Part shown: positions 47,283 to 56,531 of the stretch, one piece after another | Position numbering within the stretch: the first letter of the stretch is position 1 | Layout of the letters: the number at the start of each line of letters is the position of its first letter | Source: Candidatus Spyradenecus sp. | GTDB lineage: Bacteria > Verrucomicrobiota > Verrucomicrobiia > Opitutales > UBA953 | DNA: 64,000 bases | Assembly (NCBI GenBank): GCA_045535075.1 | Contig: JAZSKX010000015.1 | Coordinates: 1-64,000, forward strand | Direction: 5' to 3' | The notes under the pieces: generated by a model | Told to the model about the DNA's origin: nothing | What the model saw: the letters and a program-made list of their open reading frames with translations, nothing else | Databases searched by the model: none | Program-made: the position numbers and the translations under genes

Positions 47283-48977
47283 ATGAAAATTAGCAAAATC
47301 AAAGTTAAAAATTTTCGGTCAATACAAGATGCGGAAATAAGTGTTTCAAATTTAAATATTTTTGTTGGGCAAAATAATAGCGGGAAGACAAATTTATTTG
47401 AAGCCCTTGATTTCTTCTTTAATGGAGTCGGAAGAGGGGTTGATTTAATAGATTTAAAATATAAAAAGCATGATGAGTTAACGCTCTCTGTCGAAGTTGA
47501 ATTTAAAGGGGCTCAAGATGGACTTGCTAAAATGCAGAACGAGAAAAACAAGGCGACTCTTGAGAGAAAGATAGGTGGGAGTGATTGTGTTACACTAATT
47601 CGGCGTTCCGATGATCCCAAAAAACGTCAGATGATTGTTAATGGAGAGGAAGTGACTCCAGGTACCGGCTTTGATGCTGCTGTAAATGACTTTTTGCCCA
47701 AATTTGAGTATATAAATACGAAGCAGTACTACGATGCGGTTGCAAAATATTCAAAGACAACTCCGATGGGGATTATGCTTTCAGGAGTCTTATCTGCAAT
47801 CTTGGAGAATGACCCTCAGTACCAAAAGTTTCAGAAAACATTTCATGATCTTTTTGATGGGGAGGATTCAGGTATCAAAGCGAAGTTTGAACAAGTTGGC
47901 GTGGATGTAAAAGGGTATTTGGCAAAGCAGTTTCCGGATACAAAGAGAGTCCGATTCGAGGTACTCCCTCCTTTATTTGATGATTTGTTGAAAAATTTCA
48001 CAACGAGTGTTGATGACGGCGTTGAGACGTTTGCAGAAGATAAGGGAGATGGGATGCAGCGAGCGTTAATGCTCGCCATAATTCAAGTATACGCAGATTT
48101 TCGAAAACAGGGGGTAGATGCGGGAAAATCATTTTTATTTTTTATCGATGAGGCGGAACTTCACTTGCATCCTACAGCGCAAAGAAAATTGAAAGATGTT
48201 TTGGCGGAACTTTCTTGTAGCTCTGATCAGGTTTTTGTTAATACGCATTCGTCTGTTTTTGTTGCGGATGATTGTAGCGGACAAACAATTTTTAAGGTTG
48301 AGAAGTTGGAGGGGAGGACAGAGATAGAGATGATTGGCGACCAACAAAAGTTTGGCTTGGTGTTCGAGCTTCTTGGCGGGACTCCTGGTGATTTGCTGCT
48401 TCCACAAAATTTTTTGATTGTAGAAGGTGCTAGTGAAGTTGAATTACTAACGCGAGTCATTGGTCGGTTTTACTCGGACAAGCCTAAAATTCAGATTTTA
48501 GATGCACACGGTGATACAGGCCAGGTTGAGCGTTCCATTAACGCAATCGAGAAACTTTTCAATCCTTTGGATAAAACAATTTATGGAGACAAGTTGGTTG
48601 TTCTAATTGATTCTCCAAGCCCTGAGAGAGAAGCTGGTGTAAAACAGTTCAAAAAAGATCATAAGTCGCTAGTGAAAAGCGACCGCCTTTTTGTTTTGCC
48701 AAAGAGAGATGTTGAGCAGTGCTATCCTGATAGGTCTGATTCTATTTATGGGAGGTGGTTAAAAACACAGGGGGAAGTTGATAATATGAGCGGGAAACAA
48801 AAAAGGAATCTCGCCAAACACGTTGGGGGTAACATAACGCAGGAGGAATTTGAAACTGCATTAGGAGTCTGTTTTTGTGCACTGCAGAAATGTTGGAGAC
48901 TTTCGTTTTGCACAGACAATGGATCGGGTGAGCAGAGGAGCGCGTTCCCGCAATATGTAGCGGGAGAGGAGTCGTGA
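47283..48977 (+). CDS. OLD-like ATP-dependent nuclease (ABC/SMC ATPase plus TOPRIM)
   Basis: KNFRSI, GQNNSGKT, GDGMQR, FIDEAELHLHP, NTHS, LIVEGASE. Confidence 0.85.
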   Translation: MKISKIKVKNFRSIQDAEISVSNLNIFVGQNNSGKTNLFEALDFFFNGVGRGVDLIDLKYKKHDELTLSVEVEFKGAQDGLAKMQNEKNKATLERKIGGSDCVTLIRRSDDPKKRQMIVNGEEVTPGTGFDAAVNDFLPKFEYINTKQYYDAVAKYSKTTPMGIMLSGVLSAILENDPQYQKFQKTFHDLFDGEDSGIKAKFEQVGVDVKGYLAKQFPDTKRVRFEVLPPLFDDLLKNFTTSVDDGVETFAEDKGDGMQRALMLAIIQVYADFRKQGVDAGKSFLFFIDEAELHLHPTAQRKLKDVLAELSCSSDQVFVNTHSSVFVADDCSGQTIFKVEKLEGRTEIEMIGDQQKFGLVFELLGGTPGDLLLPQNFLIVEGASEVELLTRVIGRFYSDKPKIQILDAHGDTGQVERSINAIEKLFNPLDKTIYGDKLVVLIDSPSPEREAGVKQFKKDHKSLVKSDRLFVLPKRDVEQCYPDRSDSIYGRWLKTQGEVDNMSGKQKRNLAKHVGGNITQEEFETALGVCFCALQKCWRLSFCTDNGSGEQRSAFPQYVAGEES

Positions 48978-49001
48978 TACCAAGCCAGGAGCTAAAATAG
49001 T

Positions 49002-49685
49002 CTACTTAAATCGAATTTGAAGATTTAGTTTTAGGTGAAAATTTCCATTTTTGTCTTTTCTTATTTTCCCAAATTGGAGAGCAGGATCGTTCGGCGTTTC
49101 TAGCATTGTCGCTCTTGAAAGGTATTTATCAAATTGGGGAGAATGGGAAATTAGCGTTTCCTGCTGAAGATTAGATTTCCCGACGAGAGTGTAATCTTTC
49201 GTCATTTTATATAATCCGTTCCATGTTTGATTCGAAGTCAAGCCAAGTGCAATACAGGATAAGAATTGTGTGAGTTTGTATGTGTAAAAATTTTTTGTAT
49301 TAAAGGGAAGCCTGAGTGGATTTTTATCGTCTATCTTTTTAGCAAGTTCTTGAAAATCATTCGTTCCTGTAGTGAAAAATTCGAGAATTAGATCTCCAAG
49401 AATTTTGGCTAAAAAAGATTTAACGAGCATCAAGTTCGAATTGAATGTTTTGTTCTCGATATGAGAGAAAATGATTTTTGCGTCGAGAACCTGAATGTAT
49501 GGTATTCTGTCTTCAATGGAGATTGCATTTATTTCTTCGAGCTCTCTTTTTGAAAAATTTCTTCCAAGAACCTTGTAGGTAAAAGCCGTTTCCCGAGTGG
49601 CTTCGAAAAATATTTGACGACCCTTGCTTCGGAATTTGATTTTGATATTTGATTTTTCGTCGTTGGAATAGCTGTCGTGATTCAT
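49002..49685 (-). pseudogene. Degenerate/N-truncated HpaII-family restriction endonuclease
   Basis: NPL...FYTYKLTQFLSCIALGL...WNG...LETP...FGKI...KLNLQIRF resembles the R.HpaII C-terminal half; the N-terminal half is missing. Confidence 0.6.
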
Positions 49686-49931
49686 ACTGACAAGCATTCC
49701 GGATTTGCGTTCCCGTGTCCGGGATATTTTGCGGGAATCCAGCGATCTTTGACGGCGGCGGGAACGCAGGCTTGTTTTTTGTAAGGATTTTTTCGGGGAC
49801 TCATCGGAGGAAATTTTACCGACAGAGTATTCCGGGAAAGGCGTGAATTGTCCGGGGGATTTTTTCGTTTCTACGGGAACGGGAATAAAATCTCGCATGA
49901 GGTAGGATTTTTTGCCGAAAACATAGTGACG

Positions 49932-50520
49932 ATGGCTCACAACGACGGAGAAAATTTGATTCTTTACCGGACGGCGGGCGGTAGGGCGGAGGTCGCACTT
50001 TATGTCTGTGACGGGAACGTTTGGTTGACGCAACAACAGATGGTGAACTTTTGCCTCCTCGAAGCAAAATGTAGGGCAACACATTGCCAATCTCTTTGCT
50101 GAAGCGGAATTGGACGAAAATTCAGTTGTAAAGAAATTCTTTACAACTGCCGCTGACGGGAAGAAATACAATGTGTTGTACTACTCGTTGGAAGTTATTT
50201 TAGCGGTAGGATTTCGTGTGCGCGGCGTCCGCGGAACGCAGTTTAGACAGTGGGCGAATCGTCATTTGCGAAACTTTCTCGTTAAGGGGTTTGTTATTGA
50301 TTCCGGGCGTCTTAAAAATCCGGATGGGAGACCGGATTATTTTGACGAATTACTTGCGAGCATTCGCGATATTCGAGCCTCTGAAAAACGGTTTTATCAG
50401 AAATCCGGGATTTGTTTGCGCTTAGCAGTGATTACGAAAAAACAGACAAGTCGGCGCAGATGTTTTTTGCAGAAACGCAGAATGAGTTGCTTTTTGCCGT
50501 TACGGGAAAAACAGCGGGGA
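49932..50520 (+). pseudogene. RhuM-family DNA-binding protein, frameshifted twice and truncated
   Basis: ILYRT...VWLTQQQM / SVVKKFFTTAADGKKY...ILAVGFRV...GTQFRQWA...IRDIRASEKRFYQK / IRDLFALSSDY...AVTGKTA, spread over three frames. Confidence 0.85.
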
Positions 50521-50595
50521 AACGGGGCTGCGTGCTTGAAAGATTTTTATGGGAGAAAAGACAATTCGGAGGGTGACCTTCGCTCCTAATAAAGA

Positions 50596-51276
50596 ATGGA
50601 CGTCCAAGAACCTGTAAATTCTAAAACCTTAAATCAACTTTATAACGAGCTTTGGAGTGCATACGAAAAAGACGATCGGGAGTTGGTTATTCGCGCTATT
50701 GGTAAAATCGGCTGTGCACTTCCGGACATCCCGGGGCAGGCGTTAGACGTGACGCGTCAAATTTTCATGTCTCACGGGCAAGTAATGGTGGAGACGAATA
50801 TTTACTTGGTTTTTGGGGAAGAATTAAAGTGGAATGTTCAAGGATACCTGACTGCGATGGAGAGAGTCTTGCGGGAAGAAGATGAGACATTCTTTTCGAT
50901 CGAAGCTTTCGGGAAGTTGTTTGAAAATGCCGTAAAGTTTGAGGGGAAACAAAAACTTTACGAGCGGGAAGGCAAAACTCTAACCGTCGCCGGCTTGCTC
51001 TCTGTCGTGGAGTACGGGGTGCGGGCGTTTTATACGTTTGGTCCGGAAAAAGCGGCGGCGTATACGGAGGAAGTCGTTTCCGTGTTAAAAGAAATCCGTT
51101 CTTCGCTTCAAAACGAAAGCGGGGCTCAAAAACCTTTAAATCGTCAACTCCACGAAACGGTGGAATACTTTCGAAATCTCGTAAAACCGAACTTGGAAAA
51201 GGAAACGCATCGACGGGCGGAGGAGGGAATTTCGGCTTTGGTTGATTTAGCGATAGATTTCTTTTGTTGGCGATAG
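50596..51276 (+). CDS. Hypothetical protein
   Basis: 226-aa open ATG frame with no recognised motif. Confidence 0.6.
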   Translation: MDVQEPVNSKTLNQLYNELWSAYEKDDRELVIRAIGKIGCALPDIPGQALDVTRQIFMSHGQVMVETNIYLVFGEELKWNVQGYLTAMERVLREEDETFFSIEAFGKLFENAVKFEGKQKLYEREGKTLTVAGLLSVVEYGVRAFYTFGPEKAAAYTEEVVSVLKEIRSSLQNESGAQKPLNRQLHETVEYFRNLVKPNLEKETHRRAEEGISALVDLAIDFFCWR

Positions 51277-51277
51277 C

Positions 51278-51991
51278 CTAATAGATTATTAAGTCGCAAC
51301 AAATGTTTCTGTGGAATTCAAAGTTCAGAGCTTCCACGTCGTCGTTGTTTGCAGATTCAAGATTTTTAGCACCCTCTTCCGCGTAATTACAGATAGTTTC
51401 ACGGAGCGAGCGATTGTGATTCCATAGGTAGTTCATGATACGCGAAAGCTCGGCAAGAAGAAATTTGGCATGTTGCAGACAAAGATTGTAGGCAGGGGTA
51501 AGTTCTCCGCGTGCACGGATGAAGTAGTTTATGTCATTCATGCTTTTTACAAAGCTATCTATCATTGTAAAGATACGTTCCCGCGCTTTACTGCTTCTTT
51601 TTTGCCTGATTTCGGAAATGACCAGTTCGCGTTCCCTCAAGTGCGGAAATGCTTTGGCAAAAGCATTGATTCGTTTCCGGAGTTCTCTTTCCGGCATTTG
51701 AGTTGAGAGTTTTTTCCATCGGGAAATATCGTTTTTCTCTGCATTAAGAAGTGCAAGAGCGACGAGATGTTTACAGAATTTACCGGATTGTCCGACGGGG
51801 CAAGAGCAAGAGTAGGAGATATTTCCTGTTCTGCTACGAGATATGTTGGCGGTGTAGTCTTTTCTTCCGGAAACAACGGCAGAAAGCTTCGTGTGGGAGC
51901 GTCTTTTTATATCAACATTGTTCAGATAGCACTCTCCTCTCTTGAAAAATCGTTCTTCCGTAAGATTTTTAATTTCGCGTAGTGTCAGCAT
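51278..51991 (-). CDS. SWIM zinc-finger protein
   Basis: FKRGECY, VSGRKDY, SCSCP...FCKHLVAL. Confidence 0.8.
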   Translation of the reverse strand: MLTLREIKNLTEERFFKRGECYLNNVDIKRRSHTKLSAVVSGRKDYTANISRSRTGNISYSCSCPVGQSGKFCKHLVALALLNAEKNDISRWKKLSTQMPERELRKRINAFAKAFPHLRERELVISEIRQKRSSKARERIFTMIDSFVKSMNDINYFIRARGELTPAYNLCLQHAKFLLAELSRIMNYLWNHNRSLRETICNYAEEGAKNLESANNDDVEALNFEFHRNICCDLIIY

Positions 51992-52096
51992 CGTGTAGAT
52001 CTTTCGAATTATACAAGGGATATTTAAATTAAGTCTTTTGCAATACTAAATAAGTTTGAGAAGACGTAGCGGATTTATGTTCCCGCGGGAACGCGA

Positions 52097-52417
52097 TTAG
52101 TGGGCGATTTTGAGGAGGATGACGCCGGCGACGATGAAGAACGCACCGAGCAGGCGCAGGAGGTTGAGCGCGTCGTGAAACGCGATTACGCCGATCGCGA
52201 AGGTGCAAACGGCACCGATTCCCGTCCACACGGCGTAGGCGGTTCCGACGGGAATTGTTTTTTGTGCGAAATAAAGAAAAACGCCGCTGAGCGTCATGGC
52301 TACGACGGCGAAGGCGATCCACGCGAATTTGTACGGCGAGCCTGCCGCCATTTTCAGACCGAACGGCCAACCGACTTCAAACACTGCGGCGACCAAGAGG
52401 TAAATCCATCCCAACAT
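52097..52417 (-). CDS. SMR-family efflux transporter (SugE/Gdx-like)
   Basis: WIYLLVAAVFEVGW, IPVGTAYAVWTGIGA. Confidence 0.92.
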   Translation of the reverse strand: MLGWIYLLVAAVFEVGWPFGLKMAAGSPYKFAWIAFAVVAMTLSGVFLYFAQKTIPVGTAYAVWTGIGAVCTFAIGVIAFHDALNLLRLLGAFFIVAGVILLKIAH

Positions 52418-52569
52418 GATTTTTCCAATAAAACGAATTTCCGGTTTTGAATAAATCCAAAACAAAGTTTTAGAGAAAGCACTGCTTAAAAATCCGGACG
52501 CATTGCGGGAACGGCAATTCGTTGAAGAATTGAATTTATAGACGCGTTTTTAAGGGTTAGGATTTTTAC

Positions 52570-53514
52570 ATGAAGATTTCGAAGGCTCGAACGGAGAAAG
52601 TTTTTGCGGGAACGGAGGTTTTGACAAGCGTACGCGATTGGGTACGTTTTGCCGTCTCGCTGTTTAATCGGGAAGAATTATTTTTCGGACAAGGAAGCCG
52701 AAGCGCCTACGACGAAGCGCTCTACCTTGTTCAGCGGGTTTTGCATTTGCCCTTGGAAGGACCGGAAACATTTCTGGATGCGCGCTTGACGGCTTCGGAA
52801 ATCGAATCCGTTAAGGATGCGCTCGCACGCCGTGCGCTCGGGCGTGTTCCCGCAGCTTACATCACTAAGGAAGCGTGGCTGGGCGATTATCGCTTTTATG
52901 TGGACGAGCGCGTCATCGTTCCGCGTTCGTATTTCATGGAAATTATTCCGGATCAGCTGATGCCGTGGATTGCCGACCCCGATGCGGTTGAGCGTGTTGC
53001 CGATGTTTGCACGGGCGGCGGCTCGATCGCGATTTTGCTCGCACATGCGTTCCCGAACGCGCAGGTGGACGCTTGTGATATCTCCGTTCCCGCGCTTGAG
53101 GTGGCGACAAAAAATGTCGAAGATTACGGCTTAGTTGAGCAAATTTCGCTTTTCCAATCGGATGTTTTGGATGATGTTCCCGCCGAAGAAAATGCTTACG
53201 ACGTTATTGTGTCCAATCCGCCTTACGAACCGGACGCGCTTCGCAAAACCCTTCCCGAGGAATTTAAGCACGAGCCGGACAATGCGCTGTTTTCCGGGGA
53301 AGACGGCATGGATGTGATTCGGAAATTGCTTCGGCAGGCGGCGGAAAAACTCAAACCGTCCGGGCTTCTCTTAATCGAAGTCGGCGGCTTGCAGGATGCG
53401 CTCGAAGCCGCGTTCCCGCAGATTGAATTCAATTGGCTGGCGACGGCGGACGAGTCCGACTGCGTTTGCCTGATTCAGGCATCGTCGCTGAAGCGTGCGT
53501 TCGAAAAAAAGTAA
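52570..53514 (+). CDS. prmB: 50S L3 N5-glutamine methyltransferase
   Basis: TSVRDWVRFAVSLF, FYVDERVIVPRS, DVCTGGGSI, SNPPY, HEP. Confidence 0.9.
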   Translation: MKISKARTEKVFAGTEVLTSVRDWVRFAVSLFNREELFFGQGSRSAYDEALYLVQRVLHLPLEGPETFLDARLTASEIESVKDALARRALGRVPAAYITKEAWLGDYRFYVDERVIVPRSYFMEIIPDQLMPWIADPDAVERVADVCTGGGSIAILLAHAFPNAQVDACDISVPALEVATKNVEDYGLVEQISLFQSDVLDDVPAEENAYDVIVSNPPYEPDALRKTLPEEFKHEPDNALFSGEDGMDVIRKLLRQAAEKLKPSGLLLIEVGGLQDALEAAFPQIEFNWLATADESDCVCLIQASSLKRAFEKK

Positions 53515-53524
53515 AAGCCTTGCG

Positions 53525-54304
53525 ATGAAATTTAAATTTCAGATTCTCGGTTCGAGTAGCGGCGGGAACTGCGCTGTTTTGGCGAGCAATGCGGGAACGA
53601 TTCTCATAGATGCCGGTTTTACGGGAAAAAAAATCAAAGACGGACTGAAGACGCTCGGGCTTGCAATCGGCGATATTGACGCTGTTTTTTTTACGCATGA
53701 GCATCGCGACCATTCGCAGGGCGTTCCGGGTTTGTCGTCGGCGAAACATCTTCAGTTTTTTGCTAACCGTCGGACGGCGCGGGAAATCGAATATCGCTAC
53801 AACCGCGCGCTCCCGTGGAATTATTTCGATTCCGGCGATGCGTTTGAATTTCGCGATATGCGTGTAACGACTTTCGCGATCCCGCACGATTCGCAGGACG
53901 CCGTCGGCTACGCGTTTGAAATCGGCGGCGAAAAACTTGTTTGGCTGACGGATTGCGGGAAGATCACGCATCTTGTTCGCAGTAATCTTGCCGAGGCGGA
54001 TCACCTCGTAATTGAATCCAATTACGATCCGGTGATGTTGAATCGCTCCGATCGTCCTGAGGATTTGAAAAACCGAATTCGCGGGACGCACGGGCATCTT
54101 TCCAATGAACAATGCTCGGAATTTCTCGGCGAATACGATAATCCCCGGCTTCAAAATCTGTTTTTCGCGCACATCAGCCGCGAGTGTAATTCGCTTGATT
54201 TGGTCAGAGAAACTTCGCTTGCCGCTATCGGAGCGCGTTGCGGGAACGCCGCCATTGTCGATCCTTGCGCGTTTCTTGCGCCGGAAGCCGGATTCGGATT
54301 TTAA
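53525..54304 (+). CDS. MBL-fold metallohydrolase (YycJ/WalJ-like)
   Basis: LGSSSGGNC, THEHRDH, ESNYD, GHLSN, AHISRECN. Confidence 0.88.
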   Translation: MKFKFQILGSSSGGNCAVLASNAGTILIDAGFTGKKIKDGLKTLGLAIGDIDAVFFTHEHRDHSQGVPGLSSAKHLQFFANRRTAREIEYRYNRALPWNYFDSGDAFEFRDMRVTTFAIPHDSQDAVGYAFEIGGEKLVWLTDCGKITHLVRSNLAEADHLVIESNYDPVMLNRSDRPEDLKNRIRGTHGHLSNEQCSEFLGEYDNPRLQNLFFAHISRECNSLDLVRETSLAAIGARCGNAAIVDPCAFLAPEAGFGF

Positions 54305-54364
54305 AACGGTTTCCGTTCTAAAATTTTGTGTTATTTTCTTTTCCGTCTCGTTAAACTGGAACCC

Positions 54365-55321
54365 ATGGAACGCATTCTCATCATCAAGCCTTCTTCCCTC
54401 GGCGATATTTTACACGCGCTTCAGGTCGTCGAGACCATCCGAGAATGTCGCGGGAACGCCGGCGTCGAAATCACTTGGCTCGTTCGTGATATTTTTGCGC
54501 CGCTTCTCGAAGCTTGTTCGACTGTTGACCGAACGATTGTTTACGAGCGCGGGAAAGGCTTGCGCGGGATTTGGGAATTGGGGCAACGCCTGAAGCGGGA
54601 ACGCTTCGATCTTGTACTCGATATGCAGGGTTTGGCGCGTTCCGCGTTTTGGGCAAAATGCGCACGCGCGCCCGAAAAAATCGGACGCGGAGACGGACGC
54701 GAGTTTTCCCGCTTCTTTTTCAAAAAACTCGCCGATGAACCGGCAAACGGTTTCAAAAATTCTCACGCCGTTGAAATCCTCCTTCAGTTTTTGCCGAAAA
54801 TCGGATTGCCCGCCGAATTGCGCGGGAGCGTAAAGTTCCCGGGAGCAACGCTTTCCGAAACTCTCGAAAAAACGCTCGCCGAAACGCCCGGAAAACCGAT
54901 TTTACTTTTCCCCGATTCGCGCCGCGCCGAAAAAGAATGGCCGAAATTTGCCGAGCTCACGCCTTTGCTTCTCGAAAAATTCCCGGATTCGCAAATTGTT
55001 TGGGTCGGACAAAGCAATTTGAAGCCGCTTTCCGCATGGGAAAACCATCCCAATTTCCTGAACTTCATGGGAAAAACTCGCTTGGCGGACGTCATCGCGC
55101 TGATTGCACGCGCACGTTTTTGCATTACCAATGACAGCGGCCCCATGCATATCGCCGCCGCGATGAACGTTCCCGTGCTTGGGCTTTTCGGTCCGACGTC
55201 GCCGCAACTTTACGGCCCGTTCCCGCTGACGCGCTCAATCAATCGCGTGCTTTGCGCGCCCGACGGCGATTTGAAAAAGCTTTCCGCCGAAACCGTCGCC
55301 GACGAATGCCTGAAATTCTGA
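54365..55321 (+). CDS. GT9 heptosyltransferase-like glycosyltransferase
   Basis: IIKPSSLGD, DMQGL, NDSGPMHIAAA, LFGPT. Confidence 0.9.
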   Translation: MERILIIKPSSLGDILHALQVVETIRECRGNAGVEITWLVRDIFAPLLEACSTVDRTIVYERGKGLRGIWELGQRLKRERFDLVLDMQGLARSAFWAKCARAPEKIGRGDGREFSRFFFKKLADEPANGFKNSHAVEILLQFLPKIGLPAELRGSVKFPGATLSETLEKTLAETPGKPILLFPDSRRAEKEWPKFAELTPLLLEKFPDSQIVWVGQSNLKPLSAWENHPNFLNFMGKTRLADVIALIARARFCITNDSGPMHIAAAMNVPVLGLFGPTSPQLYGPFPLTRSINRVLCAPDGDLKKLSAETVADECLKF

Positions 55322-55444
55322 GTTTCTAACTCCGACTCAATCAATTCCCGCCCGGCTAGCGCTTTCTTTGCAGAAAGTCGTTCCAGCGATTTAGGTGCGG
55401 GAATGCACGCACAAAACGCTAGCTAAAACCGCTTTAAATAGGCG

Positions 55445-55470
55445 TTGACAACTTTTAGGGGGGGTAAAAT
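55445..55470 (+). promoter_or_regulatory. Sigma70-like promoter with a G7 tract in a 14-nt spacer
   Basis: TTGACA-acttttaGGGGGGG-TAAAAT, 35 nt upstream of the PEP-CTERM gene. Confidence 0.6.
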
Positions 55471-55504
55471 GACAGGCTCATTTTAATCTCAATCCTAAAA
55501 TTCT

Positions 55505-56134
55505 ATGAAAAAATATATTCCTATCGTTGCTTGCCTCGTTGCGGGAACGGCATTCGCGAATGCGGCAGACACAGTCATTTTCGACTTCGATGCGACGGAT
55601 TTGACTACAACCGGTTTAACTTCCGTCACGCTTACGGACGAACTCTCGCAATTCAAAGCTACAATCGAAGTTGCTTCCGGCTACACCTTAGTCGGCGGAG
55701 ATTGGGGAACTGCAGGTTCGGGGGCGGAGTACGACTATATTGCTGCCAGTTCGAAGGTCCAAGCCGCGACACTCACTCTTACATTCTCAGGACTTGAAGC
55801 CGGGGAAAAATACGATATTTCCCTTGTTACGGGCGTTCCGTTTGAGGGAGCCGGTTCTTGGAATTCCATGAACACGTCCAACGAATATGATTCAACGGAT
55901 TTGGATCTCGGGACTCAAAATGTTCAGGTTCGTGCCATTACGACTTACAATGTCAAAGCAGTTCTTGCCGATCCTGAAGGGAACATTGAGTTCTCAATTG
56001 GTAAACATAGCGGCGCGCACACGGCTTCGTTCAACTATGCGACGATTACGCCGATTCCGGAGCCGTCGACCTTCGGGTTGCTCGCGGGCTTGGGCGCGTT
56101 GGCGCTCGTCGGCGCGCGCCGCCGCCGTCGTTAA
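55505..56134 (+). CDS. PEP-CTERM surface protein
   Basis: Signal peptide; IPEPSTFGLLAGLGALALVGARRRRR. Confidence 0.93.
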   Translation: MKKYIPIVACLVAGTAFANAADTVIFDFDATDLTTTGLTSVTLTDELSQFKATIEVASGYTLVGGDWGTAGSGAEYDYIAASSKVQAATLTLTFSGLEAGEKYDISLVTGVPFEGAGSWNSMNTSNEYDSTDLDLGTQNVQVRAITTYNVKAVLADPEGNIEFSIGKHSGAHTASFNYATITPIPEPSTFGLLAGLGALALVGARRRRR

Positions 56135-56165
56135 TTTTTTGTGATAGATTAATTCATCTGTTGAC

Positions 56166-56202
56166 GTTCCCGCAGAGCAATACTTTGCGGGAACATTTTT
56201 TT
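56166..56202 (+). terminator. Terminator built from an inverted motif pair
   Basis: gttcccgcagag...ctttgcgggaac followed by a and T7. Confidence 0.85.
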
Positions 56203-56531
56203 AGGCGCCTAAAAAGATATTCATGAAAGTTAGTGGTGGCTCGCGGCTTCCCGCGAGCCGATTCTTATTTTTATCTTGAAACGAGAATCAAGAAAATCAG
56301 AATAAGAATCAGGATTAGTTGATTCGTATTTATCATCACTGAGTCCTTTAACCGTGAGAGGTGCAACTCTCACGGTTTTTTGCTTTAGCCCTGAGTTTGT
56401 TTTACCCAAGCGCGCGGGCGCATCCGTGCTTGGTTGTGTATAAGATTGCAGTGTATTTCCGTAAAAAAGCAAGTGTTTTCACGGAAATGAAAGATGTAAT
56501 TTCTTGCTAATTACGAATTAAATCCGCCCGA

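Noticed and set aside
47283..48977. Gabija system
   Set aside because: No adjacent UvrD-like GajB gene.
49686..50171. N-terminal part of the 389-aa ORF 49002-50171
   Set aside because: It is antisense to the rhuM pseudogene and intergenic DNA; only the downstream part looks coding.
52418..52569. Guanidine riboswitch upstream of the SugE/Gdx-like gene
   Set aside because: No class I, II or III consensus recognisable on the minus strand.
56230..56472. 80-aa ORF in the AT-rich gap between the PEP-CTERM gene and recQ
   Set aside because: Non-ATG start and no motif; coding status cannot be supported.
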